Source of the DNA: Verrucomicrobiota bacterium
GTDB taxonomy: Bacteria > Verrucomicrobiota > Verrucomicrobiia > Verrucomicrobiales > DEV007
Length of the DNA: 64,000 nucleotides
Assembly: GCA_045046875.1 (NCBI GenBank)
Contig: JASFYY010000038.1
Span: forward strand, 20,553-84,552
Direction: 5' to 3'
Below the pieces are notes generated by a model that searched no databases, was not told the origin of the DNA, and was given only the letters and a program-made list of their open reading frames with translations. Positions within the stretch are counted from its first letter, which is position 1; the number at the start of each line of letters is the position of its first letter. This document shows, in pieces, positions 1 to 9,584 of the stretch. The translations under genes and the position numbers were made by a program.

Positions 1-1371
1 TCTCTCTCTCCCAATCTCCGCGCCAGCCTCGCCCGTCACTTCCTCTACCGCGCCGGCGATAACTGTCCCGAGAAACTACAGCGTCGGCTCATCACGGAAG
101 TCACTGCCCTGATCATGAACGACGCCCCTCTTAACGGATGGGAACTCTCCTTGGTGAGCAATACCCTCTTGCGTATGCCGCGCGACAATGACTGGTGGCA
201 GGGAGCCACTGAAAACTTTATTACAGCTTGGAATCACAAAAGCCGCTTTGACGGATTAAAAAAACCAGAAAAAATCCCCTTTCAACCCAACTTGGAACCC
301 GTATTGACCATGCTTGCCCTGCAACTTGAATCTGGGCATACCGAAGAAGCTAATAAATTGATCAAACACTATGAACACACTTTGCAGAGTAGCACCCCTG
401 CCATTGCACTACTGATCCTGCATCAACAGCACAAACTAGCCTTGCGCTGGGTGAACGATCAGATCAATCAACTCAACCCTTTGGATATACGTCCTGTCGG
501 CGGAGCTTTTTCCCTCTACTACACGGAAAAACTCGACAGTGAATTGCAGCGATTTTTACCCCTGATCAAAAACCCCGATCAGCGTATCCTACTAGGTGCT
601 ATGATCACCGCCGCACCGCTCGATCCTTTCTCAATAAACCAAGTCCAATATGATTTAAGATCAAAGCGCATTGTCAGCCTGGCAAAGGAATTTCTCGCCC
701 TCCCTGCTAGCACCAGCAAACATTCTCAAACAATTCAGCAATATTTGAGTCGTCACCACCAAGCTGGAAAAATAATGAATGCGCAGCTCGCCAAAAATTT
801 CCAAAGCGCATCGATTGAAAAAATCCCCTCCCTGACCTCCAAGACAACGGTCATCTATCCCGTCATCCAACCCCTTGCGGCTTATGTCACCACCCAGGCA
901 CTGCAAGGCGACAGCTCCCCCCTACGCGAGTTGATGACTCGTCTGTCCAGCGCTAGTGGTCAAGGCTCAAGATGGCCTTACAAAGTATCCGTTGAACAAA
1001 TCGCCGCCACTTTGTTTCGTGCGCTGCGAAACGATCTGCGTAATATGACTCCCCAACAAATCAAATGGGCAAAAGAAGCCAGTCAGACCTTTTTTGAAAC
1101 ACTCGAAGGTGACGTGGCTTACAATCAGCTCATCTATCTATCACACAGCCATATCGTTTTGAATGCCCTCACCACTAAAAAGCCACTTCCACTTCAATGG
1201 TCTGCGAAACTATCAAACAAACGAAAGCAGCACTTCGAAAAAATATCGCGCAGTAAATATGTCAGCCCGTCCTACACCATCCTCGACCAACTTCTGCCCG
1301 CTTCCCATCCAAAATTCAAACTCGCCAAGCAAGCTCTGGAATACCATGTTTGGCTCTCTCCAGAAGAATAA
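1..1371 (+). CDS. Hypothetical protein, 5'-truncated by the window edge
   Basis: Frame 1 is open from base 1 to TAA at 1369-1371; Leu/Ala/Gln-rich and probably helical; no family motif recognised. Confidence 0.7.
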   Translation, partial: SLSPNLRASLARHFLYRAGDNCPEKLQRRLITEVTALIMNDAPLNGWELSLVSNTLLRMPRDNDWWQGATENFITAWNHKSRFDGLKKPEKIPFQPNLEPVLTMLALQLESGHTEEANKLIKHYEHTLQSSTPAIALLILHQQHKLALRWVNDQINQLNPLDIRPVGGAFSLYYTEKLDSELQRFLPLIKNPDQRILLGAMITAAPLDPFSINQVQYDLRSKRIVSLAKEFLALPASTSKHSQTIQQYLSRHHQAGKIMNAQLAKNFQSASIEKIPSLTSKTTVIYPVIQPLAAYVTTQALQGDSSPLRELMTRLSSASGQGSRWPYKVSVEQIAATLFRALRNDLRNMTPQQIKWAKEASQTFFETLEGDVAYNQLIYLSHSHIVLNALTTKKPLPLQWSAKLSNKRKQHFEKISRSKYVSPSYTILDQLLPASHPKFKLAKQALEYHVWLSPEE

Positions 1372-1451
1372 TTCTATTGATTACAATAGACGAATCCCGT
1401 CGCAACTTGACCTGCACAATTTATAACTGAACATCTGAAACCCAAACTCTC

Positions 1452-1481
1452 ACCCGCGCCAATCCGAGAAATCCGCGGTAA
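1452..1481 (+). repeat. Intergenic ATC(C/A)G(C/T)G 9-10-mer tandem repeat arm
   Basis: acccgcgcca-atccgagaa-atccgcggtaa; same pattern at 7792, 9081, 12535 and 54189. Confidence 0.55.
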
Positions 1482-1552
1482 TAATCTCCGGATATCTGTA
1501 ATTCGTTCCGGTTCATTTCAAGCGACTGCGACAGCTTCACCCCCTCCCCCCC

Positions 1553-2596
1553 ATGCAACGCCCACCTACATCCATCTCATGCAGTGCTCTAGCTTTGACC
1601 CTGCTGCTGCTCTTCCTGCCCCACCCCGTTTACGCTCAACGCTCTTCCCTGCCCAAATGGAAACAACGGCGCTCGGCTTTGCCTCAAGTTCACATCGTTG
1701 ATGAATTTCGGATTTATTACACCCGCCAAGGCAATGACGCACTTCCAGAAATTCAGGATCTCAACAACAACGCCATCCCCGATCGAATCGAAAATATCGC
1801 CCTGCAACTGACCACGGCACGCGAGCTTTACACCCACGTATTAAAACTGCGGCACCCACTTGAAAGCCCTCGTTACAAAAACCAAGCCCGATTCATTGAT
1901 GTGAATGTCGGATCGCTGCCTTTATCCCCGACCTTCGACGCCGAAAAAATCAAGGGTAATGGCTCCGCCGGTGATGAAGTGATCAACTACTATCGCCCCA
2001 GCGATCCCGAAGCCGGAATCCAGGTTCTCACCATGGATATCTCTAAAACGCTGGGCCACAAAAACCTGACTCCCGCGCACGAACTGTTTCACTTGTTCCA
2101 ATCCTCTTACACCATGTTCAAAAACAGTTGGTTCACTGAAGGAACCGCTCGTTGGACGGAGTTCGCTTTCCGCGAAGGGAGTGGACGACCTAAAGACCTG
2201 CCACTCACAAAATCAGAGCAGGAAAAGCTATTCGCGATGAAATACGATGCAGAAGGTTTTTGGAGCGGACTCGCCCAAGCCGCCTTTCCTCAAAAACCAA
2301 TCAATGTGCCTGCGGAACTGCTTCGCCGCACCTACGTCGGCAGCAAGGATCCGGTCATTCGTGATACCAAGTTTCACGGGGCTTTATTAATCCTACCTCT
2401 ATTGCAAGCACTCGACAAAACCGATGACCGTGTGACTGCAAAGTTGAAACTCAAGCCTTTTGGTTGGTCTGAAACACAGCAACGATCAGCCGACAACAAT
2501 CCCTATATCTGGTCAGCCATTGTTGATATCGTAGCCAAGCAAGCTTCAACCTCATCTGCCCTGCGCTCTATGATTAAAAACTTGCCGCCAAATTAG
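1553..2596 (+). CDS. Secreted HExxH zinc metallopeptidase-like protein
   Basis: Signal peptide ending VYA; AHELFH followed by WFTEGTA (candidate third ligand Glu); DLNNNAIPD Ca-loop-like motif. Confidence 0.7.
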   Translation: MQRPPTSISCSALALTLLLLFLPHPVYAQRSSLPKWKQRRSALPQVHIVDEFRIYYTRQGNDALPEIQDLNNNAIPDRIENIALQLTTARELYTHVLKLRHPLESPRYKNQARFIDVNVGSLPLSPTFDAEKIKGNGSAGDEVINYYRPSDPEAGIQVLTMDISKTLGHKNLTPAHELFHLFQSSYTMFKNSWFTEGTARWTEFAFREGSGRPKDLPLTKSEQEKLFAMKYDAEGFWSGLAQAAFPQKPINVPAELLRRTYVGSKDPVIRDTKFHGALLILPLLQALDKTDDRVTAKLKLKPFGWSETQQRSADNNPYIWSAIVDIVAKQASTSSALRSMIKNLPPN

Positions 2597-2609
2597 AATA
2601 ACCCGATCA

Positions 2610-2669
2610 ACTGGTCACGTATATACGTAACCAGTATGGCTTGCTCCGACTTACGTCCCATCCTATCAT
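2610..2669 (+). promoter_or_regulatory. 26-bp palindrome followed by a putative sigma70 promoter of the sulfatase gene
   Basis: actggtcacgtatatacgtaaccagt (one mismatched pair) at 2610-2635; TTGCTC (2641)-17 bp-TATCAT (2664); ATG at 2677. Confidence 0.45.
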
Positions 2670-2676
2670 CATCTTG

Positions 2677-5600
2677 ATGATACGTTATTCATACCTGTGC
2701 GGCTCAATCCTGCTATCCTTTTTACTCATCGGCACAAGCTTCGCAGCACCCTCTCCCTCCCAACCCAACATCCTCTTCATCGCCCTCGATGATCTCAATG
2801 ACTGGGTCGGCTGCCTGGGTGGCAATCTCCAATCGATCACACCCAATATCGACCGCCTTGCTGCTAGCGGCGTATTGTTCACCAACGCCCACACTCCTGC
2901 CGCCGCCTGTAATCCGTCACGAACCGCCATCATGACCGGGATATCCCCGCACCGCTCCGGGCTCTATGCCAACGGTCAAAAAATGCGTGAAGTCTTGCCC
3001 CAAGCGGAACTGCTTTCGCAGCGTTTTCGCAATCACGGTTACCGGGCAAGTGGCTCGGGAAAAATCCTTCACTATTTCATTGATGCCCGCTCCTGGGATG
3101 AATATTTCCCCGCCAAGCAAAACGAAAACCCTTTCCCTCCTCACATGCCCTGGGGAAAGCGACCCAAGTCCCTGCCGCGTGGCGGCCCCTGGCAATACAG
3201 CGAAACCGATTGGCATGCTTTTGATGTCAGTGACGAAGAATTCGGCGGTGACTGGTTGGTGAGCAAATGGGTTGGTGAGCAGTTGCAACGCAAACACGAA
3301 AAACCATTTTTCCTCGCCTGCGGAATCTACCGCCCCCACGAACCCTGGTACGTGCCAAAAAAATACTTCGAACCCTTCCCCCTCGAAAACATTCAATTAC
3401 CCCCCGGCTACAAAGAAGGCGACCTCGAAGATTTGCCACCCGCAGGGAAAAAGCGTGGCCCCAATCGCTACTTCGCCCACATTCAGAAACATGCTCAGTG
3501 GAAAAGAGGCATTCAAGCCTACCTCGCCTCTATTCACTACGCTGACGCCATGCTCGGACGGGTTCTGGATGCACTGGACACTGGCCCCAACAAAAAAAAT
3601 ACCATCGTGGTCTTGTGGAGCGATCATGGTTGGCACCTCGGCGAAAAACAACACTGGCAGAAATATACTGCCTGGCGCGCCGTTACCCGGGTTCCTCTGA
3701 TCATAAAAGTCCCGGAAAAAATAGCTCCCAGCCTGCCCGAAGGCACCCTTGCCGGCAGTATTTGCGATAGACCGGTCAACCTGCTCAGCCTCTACCCGAC
3801 CCTGAGCGAGCTCGCCGGCCTGACTCCAAAATCCAGCAACGATGCTCCCAGTCTCATCCCCTTGTTGAAAGATCCCCAGGCAAAATGGGATCACCATTCG
3901 ATCACTCATCTCGATACGCCCGACAACTATGGTCTCAGCACCGAAAACTGGCGTTACATTCACTATTCGAATGGCGATGAAGAACTCTACAACATCAAAG
4001 ACGACCCCTACGAATGGAACAACCTAGCGGCGAAACCCGAACACGCTGAAAAGCTCATCTCCCTCCATAAACTTAGACCCAGAAAGTTTGCTCCGAAAGT
4101 CGTTTCAAAATCGAATCCCGCCCCTGCTTCAACCACTCACAGCACACTCTCGCTCAAAGGCTGGACCATTCAACTGAATGACCAGCTCAAGCGTGATGAT
4201 CCGAAGGCTGTGGAAACCATGCTCAGCATCCTGAACAAACAGCTCGATCGCGTAGTTAAAGCCATCCCTGCCAAAGCTCTGAAATCGCTGCGCACGGTGC
4301 CCATCTGGATCAATCCCCCTTACGACGGAAAAACTCCCGGCGCGGCCTATCATCCCAACATCAATTGGCTACGCGAAAATGATCGTGATCCCGCCATGGC
4401 CAAAGCGATCGAAATCACCAACGTCTCGATTTTTGCCTTCGAAAACAAACGCATGCCCTATCTAATGCTTCACGAGTTGGCTCACGCTTACCATGATCAA
4501 TACCTTGCTTTTGATCAGCCCGAAATCCGCGCCGCTTTCGAGCGAGCCCGGGCCTCCAAAAGCTACGACAAGGTTCAACGCTTCAACGGTAAAAAAATCG
4601 TCACGGACAAAGCCTACGCGATGTCCAACTACAAGGAATACTTCGCCGAAGCCAGCGAAGCCTATTTCGGTAAAAATGACTTTTTCCCATTTAACAAAAG
4701 GGAATTGAAAGCACATGACCCGAAGATGCACGATTTAGTGGAAAAGGTCTGGGGTATTGATAAAAACCCGCCCCATGCAAAGTCTTCACAAGTGAAGCCG
4801 ATTATTCCAAGTTCTTATCTGGCTTTTACGACTGACGCGAGCACTCAATGCCCCCCTTCCACCAATGGTGGCGGCAAAACCAGTGTCGTCTTCCGCAATA
4901 ATAGAAGCACTCCGGTCACGGTTTTCTGGATTGATGCAAAAGGCAAAAGAGCCCAACAATTCACCATTTCTCCAGGCGGTCAGCAACGACGGATTACCTA
5001 CGCCGGACACGCCTGGCTGGTTGCAGACGATAAGGATGCGGATCTCGGCCACTTCGTCGCCACCGACACTCCCGCCTGGGCGGACATCCCCGCCATTCGC
5101 CTTCCTTCCAATCACGGCAAAGAAAACAATGCCGCGCGCTATCCGATCACGGCTCCACCTGCCGAACTCAAGCTTGATCCCTTTTATCAAAAATACCTCA
5201 ACTTCAACGGCTTCCCCATCCTCAGTTCTGAAAAAGTATCCGACTACGCCATCCGGGAAGCCGCCTATTTGCTCCAGATGATGCTGGCTCAACGCCCCGA
5301 CGTGCTCGATGCCATGGCCGCCAGCGGAGCTCGCCTCACCGTGATGGCACATAACGAATTCACCACCGACGTGCCTGAGCACGCCCGCATGGGAAAACAA
5401 AAAGGTGGCGAATCATCCGACTGGTGGGATCGACGCGCGCGCGGCTTGGGCGGTAGCGAGACTGATCCCGTCGCTTCTTGTGGCGAGGAAAACCTGCTCT
5501 GTTTCCCCGGAGATCCCTACTCCCAGGAAAATATTCTGATTCACGAATTTGCCCACATGATGCATCTTCGTGGACTCAAACGCATCGACCCCACCTTTGA

Positions 5601-5967
5601 CTCCCGCCTGGAAAAATCCTGGACGGATGCCATGGCAGCCGGTCTATGGAAAGACAAATACCCCTCCACCAATTCCCGCGAATATTTTGCCGAAGGCGTG
5701 CAGTCGTGGTTCAATAACAATCGCGAAAACGATTACGAACACAATCACATCAATACCCGTAAAGAACTGATCGAATACGACCCACAACTCGCAGCCATCC
5801 TCAAAGAAGTATTTGGCGATACCCAACTAATTTACATCAGACCACCCGAGCGCAAAAAACAAGCTCACCTAGAAGGTTATGACTACAGCAAATCCCCCCG
5901 CTTCGAATGGCCCGAACGCCTGAAAAATCTAGGGCAATCCATAGAAACCCGGCGTAATAAAAAGTAA
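2677..5967 (+). CDS. Secreted formylglycine-dependent sulfatase (iduronate-2-sulfatase/choline-sulfatase-like) fused to zincin, VHL-beta and a second zincin domain
   Basis: Signal peptide; PNILFIALDDL, CNPSR, GKILH, RPH and SDHG sulfatase motifs; HELAH...NYKEYFAE; FRNNRSTPVTVFWID...TYAGHAWLVAD; HEFAH...TNSREYFAE. Confidence 0.85.
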   Translation: MIRYSYLCGSILLSFLLIGTSFAAPSPSQPNILFIALDDLNDWVGCLGGNLQSITPNIDRLAASGVLFTNAHTPAAACNPSRTAIMTGISPHRSGLYANGQKMREVLPQAELLSQRFRNHGYRASGSGKILHYFIDARSWDEYFPAKQNENPFPPHMPWGKRPKSLPRGGPWQYSETDWHAFDVSDEEFGGDWLVSKWVGEQLQRKHEKPFFLACGIYRPHEPWYVPKKYFEPFPLENIQLPPGYKEGDLEDLPPAGKKRGPNRYFAHIQKHAQWKRGIQAYLASIHYADAMLGRVLDALDTGPNKKNTIVVLWSDHGWHLGEKQHWQKYTAWRAVTRVPLIIKVPEKIAPSLPEGTLAGSICDRPVNLLSLYPTLSELAGLTPKSSNDAPSLIPLLKDPQAKWDHHSITHLDTPDNYGLSTENWRYIHYSNGDEELYNIKDDPYEWNNLAAKPEHAEKLISLHKLRPRKFAPKVVSKSNPAPASTTHSTLSLKGWTIQLNDQLKRDDPKAVETMLSILNKQLDRVVKAIPAKALKSLRTVPIWINPPYDGKTPGAAYHPNINWLRENDRDPAMAKAIEITNVSIFAFENKRMPYLMLHELAHAYHDQYLAFDQPEIRAAFERARASKSYDKVQRFNGKKIVTDKAYAMSNYKEYFAEASEAYFGKNDFFPFNKRELKAHDPKMHDLVEKVWGIDKNPPHAKSSQVKPIIPSSYLAFTTDASTQCPPSTNGGGKTSVVFRNNRSTPVTVFWIDAKGKRAQQFTISPGGQQRRITYAGHAWLVADDKDADLGHFVATDTPAWADIPAIRLPSNHGKENNAARYPITAPPAELKLDPFYQKYLNFNGFPILSSEKVSDYAIREAAYLLQMMLAQRPDVLDAMAASGARLTVMAHNEFTTDVPEHARMGKQKGGESSDWWDRRARGLGGSETDPVASCGEENLLCFPGDPYSQENILIHEFAHMMHLRGLKRIDPTFDSRLEKSWTDAMAAGLWKDKYPSTNSREYFAEGVQSWFNNNRENDYEHNHINTRKELIEYDPQLAAILKEVFGDTQLIYIRPPERKKQAHLEGYDYSKSPRFEWPERLKNLGQSIETRRNKK

Positions 5968-5985
5968 CCACAACTATTCATTCGC

Positions 5986-6016
5986 ATACAGGAGGGCGGA
6001 CATTCCTGTCCGGCAA
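5986..6016 (+). repeat. REP-like short palindromic repeat, copy 1
   Basis: atacaggagggcggacattcctgtccggcaa, identical 31 bp at 48635-48665; cggaca/tgtccg hairpin. Confidence 0.75.
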
Positions 6017-6029
6017 CACCAGCCTTGGG

Positions 6030-6059
6030 TTGACCTCCCCCCAAACTGCACTGTATATT
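6030..6059 (+). promoter_or_regulatory. Putative sigma70 promoter (leaderless) for the small ORF/nucleotidyltransferase pair
   Basis: TTGACC (6030)-18 bp-TATATT (6054)-6 nt-ATG (6066). Confidence 0.5.
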
Positions 6060-6065
6060 GCCTGC

Positions 6066-6323
6066 ATGCCGACATCAGAAAAAGAGGACGCTCAATGCCA
6101 CCCCGTGATCAACGTGGAAGAGACGATTGGCAAGTGGGTGGGGCGGAAAAAAGCACCTTATCCGTCCAAAATTCAAGAAAGTGGGAGGGACTATTATAAA
6201 GCCCTCGGATACACCGTGTGCCCCAAAGGAGTTTACCGATTCAATTCACATGAAGAAGCAGACCAATGGATGATGAAAATAGCCGTAAAACGAGCGAACC
6301 AGGTGACGGATCAGCTGACTTAG
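6066..6323 (+). CDS. Small hypothetical protein, candidate antitoxin/partner of the downstream nucleotidyltransferase
   Basis: 85 aa with PKGVYRFNSHEEADQW motif; overlaps the next ORF by 58 bp. Confidence 0.6.
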   Translation: MPTSEKEDAQCHPVINVEETIGKWVGRKKAPYPSKIQESGRDYYKALGYTVCPKGVYRFNSHEEADQWMMKIAVKRANQVTDQLT

Positions 6324-6805
6324 CTTCCCGCCCGCCTGATGACCAAGATCTCGCCAACCTTTGTGCTCAATTAGATTTGATGGAAGCTGATTATTTGGTC
6401 ATCGGAGGCTTCGCCATCATTCATTCCGGTTATGGTCGGTTCACTGAAGATATTGACCTCATCATCGATACCTCTGCGGAGAACGAAGCAAAAGTTTTTC
6501 GAGCCCTCGAATCACTGCCCGACCAAGCTATAAAACAACTCGATCCAGGAGACGTTGAAAAATACACCGTAGTCCGAGTGGCTGATGAAATCGTAGTTGA
6601 TCTGATGAAATCCGCTTGTGGCATTGAATATGACGAAGCTTGCAAGGACATTGTTATTCGCGAGGTCAACGGCATCCGGGTCCCCTTCGCTTCTCCTCGG
6701 TTACTCTGGCGAATGAAAGTGAAAACCCACCGTGCTAAAGATGAAAGCGACTTGGTTTTCCTACGCGAATATTTCCAATCCCGAGGCGAACAACCTCCTA
6801 GTTAG
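6266..6805 (+). CDS. DNA pol-beta superfamily nucleotidyltransferase (DUF6036/AbiEii-like)
   Basis: YLVIGGFA...RFTEDIDLII catalytic motif, VVDLM third Asp, C-terminal K...R.KD..D motif. Confidence 0.8.
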   Translation: MDDENSRKTSEPGDGSADLASRPPDDQDLANLCAQLDLMEADYLVIGGFAIIHSGYGRFTEDIDLIIDTSAENEAKVFRALESLPDQAIKQLDPGDVEKYTVVRVADEIVVDLMKSACGIEYDEACKDIVIREVNGIRVPFASPRLLWRMKVKTHRAKDESDLVFLREYFQSRGEQPPS

Positions 6806-6808
6806 AAA

Positions 6809-7267
6809 TCAGGACCCATCAGTGGTTAAAATATTTTCCGCAGCCTGACGATAACCCGCTGCATAAGCGCCAAAAACCTTGCCTATTTCGTCCCTGATTC
6901 GACGAAACGCATCCACCTCTTGCTCGCCTTCCCGAACAGCTTTGGGCGGATCTTCAAAACCCCAGTGATAACGATTCACCTTTCCTGGGAAAGTTGGGCA
7001 TGCCTGATCCGCATTCCCGCAAACCGTGATCACCGTATCGATCCCCGCCTGCAAATACTGATCCAAATGTTTGGACTGATGCGCGGATATATCTACGCCG
7101 ATCTCCGCCATGACCTCAATCGCGAGCGGATGCACATAACCCGCAGGATTTGATCCCGCGCTATAAACCTCAAACAAATCACCCGCGACATGACGAAGAA
7201 TACCTTCCGCCATGTGACTGCGACAGGAGTTGCCAGTGCAAAGAATAAGAATTTTAACTTTTTTCAT
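6809..7267 (-). CDS. arsC: Arsenate reductase (LMW-PTP, thioredoxin-type)
   Basis: CTGNSCRS P-loop, TVC...ACP, HWGFEDP; next to arsR and acr3; start placed at MKKVKILIL. Confidence 0.9.
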   Translation of the reverse strand: MKKVKILILCTGNSCRSHMAEGILRHVAGDLFEVYSAGSNPAGYVHPLAIEVMAEIGVDISAHQSKHLDQYLQAGIDTVITVCGNADQACPTFPGKVNRYHWGFEDPPKAVREGEQEVDAFRRIRDEIGKVFGAYAAGYRQAAENILTTDGS

Positions 7268-7286
7268 AGCTACATTCAAAATGAAC

Positions 7287-7628
7287 TCAATTTTCTCCCT
7301 CGCAACAATCATTCGATGGTTCCGGCTGCAAACAAAGCTCCGGCCGCCCTTGGCAGCAGTCATCGCTGAGAAAAGTCATCAAATCCCGCATCCCCTCTAC
7401 CCGCAATTGATAAATGATCGACCGCCCTTCGCGCCGGGAATCAACCAAGCCCGAATGCACCAATTCCTTCAAATGAAACGAAAGTGTCGGTTTAGGCAAA
7501 TCAAATTCCTCGGCGAGATCGCCTGCACAAACGCCCTCATCCCCCACCCGCACCAAATAACGAAATATTCTCAGCCTGGCCGGTTGAGCCAAAGCAGCCA
7601 GCGAAGTAACAGCACCATCAATCTCCAT
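7287..7628 (-). CDS. arsR: ArsR/SmtB family repressor with C-terminal cysteine As(III) site
   Basis: [43 protein letters not shown]. Confidence 0.9.
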   Translation of the reverse strand: MEIDGAVTSLAALAQPARLRIFRYLVRVGDEGVCAGDLAEEFDLPKPTLSFHLKELVHSGLVDSRREGRSIIYQLRVEGMRDLMTFLSDDCCQGRPELCLQPEPSNDCCEGEN

Positions 7629-7694
7629 AATCTCTATCAATTGACCATTATCTATTTTCAGCCATACCACACAACATCTTTAATCGGAAAATAA

Positions 7695-7821
7695 AACCAC
7701 TGATCACACTGATTTCCACTGCTTTTTTTAGGGATGGATTTCATGAATCCTCTGCTATTGAAAGATGAATAAGTTACATTTTTCATTTCTTATCAGTGCC
7801 TAATCAGTGAGATCAGTGGTT
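7695..7821. repeat. About 127-bp element with inverted arms built from 9-10-mer tandem units
   Basis: Left arm aaccactgatcacactgatttccactg; right arm cagtgcctaatcagtgagatcagtggtt; internal ggatttcatgaatcc hairpin. Confidence 0.75.
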
Positions 7822-7845
7822 ATCTATTTATTCTCACACGGCATG

Positions 7846-8937
<1,092 letters not shown>

Positions 8938-8940
8938 ATT

Positions 8941-8964
8941 ATATTTCTATTATTCTAGAAATAT
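8941..8964 (-). promoter_or_regulatory. Putative ArsR operator
   Basis: Perfect inverted repeat ATATTTCTA-N6-TAGAAATAT 3 bp upstream of the acr3 ATG. Confidence 0.65.
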
Positions 8965-9080
8965 GAAACTAATATCAACAAAGTCAAACCTTAACTATCC
9001 TGCTCTATAAAAAATCTTGCGTATCTCCCCCCCCTTTTAAACAGAGAACATCATTTAGTTCTAGCCTCGCGCCCCCTAAC

Positions 9081-9121
9081 ATCAGTGTCCATCAGTGTCC
9101 ATCAGTGAAATCAGTGGTTAA
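9081..9121 (+). repeat. ATCAGTG tandem repeat arm
   Basis: atcagtgtcc atcagtgtcc atcagtgaa atcagtggttaa. Confidence 0.75.
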
Positions 9122-9136
9122 CTGAGCTATACACCA

Positions 9137-9529
9137 TCAACGAAATTCCAATAAAACCGGACAAGAGCCATTAGCACTGGCAGCACTTTGTTCACATTCC
9201 TTCATCAAGCCCTCCATTTTTTTTCGCATCCGCTTCATACTGCTGAGCTTTTTATCCAGATCGAGCATTTTGCGCTGCACCACTTGCTGCAGGAATTCGC
9301 AGGACTGCGATGACTCCGGATCGATTCCTGCCAGCTGCTTGATCTCGCGCAAAGTAAAACCCGCAGCCTTCGCTTCGATGATGAAGTTCAACGCCTCAAG
9401 GGAACGCTGTCCATAAAGGCGATAGCCATTTGCCGCACGCACAGGTTCTGATAACAAACCTTCGCGTTCATAATAACGAATCGTCTGGGTGGATACCCCT
9501 GCGGCTTTTGCCAAATCACCAATTTTCAT
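9137..9529 (-). CDS. MerR family heavy-metal-responsive regulator (three-Cys, divalent-metal type)
   Basis: MKIGDLAK...TIRYYEREGLL...NGYRLY; Cys at start of the dimer helix (QSCE) plus C-terminal C-x10-CP. Confidence 0.9.
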   Translation of the reverse strand: MKIGDLAKAAGVSTQTIRYYEREGLLSEPVRAANGYRLYGQRSLEALNFIIEAKAAGFTLREIKQLAGIDPESSQSCEFLQQVVQRKMLDLDKKLSSMKRMRKKMEGLMKECEQSAASANGSCPVLLEFR

Positions 9530-9546
9530 TATTCAAAACATACCTG

Positions 9547-9578
9547 TTGACCTTATACTATACTATAAGGTTTATGCT
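9547..9578 (+). promoter_or_regulatory. MerR-type promoter/operator with elongated spacer
   Basis: TTGACC (9547)-20 bp-TATGCT (9573); dyad ACCTTATA-N6-TATAAGGT at 9550-9571 between divergent merR and its target. Confidence 0.85.
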
Positions 9579-9584
9579 ATTGCC

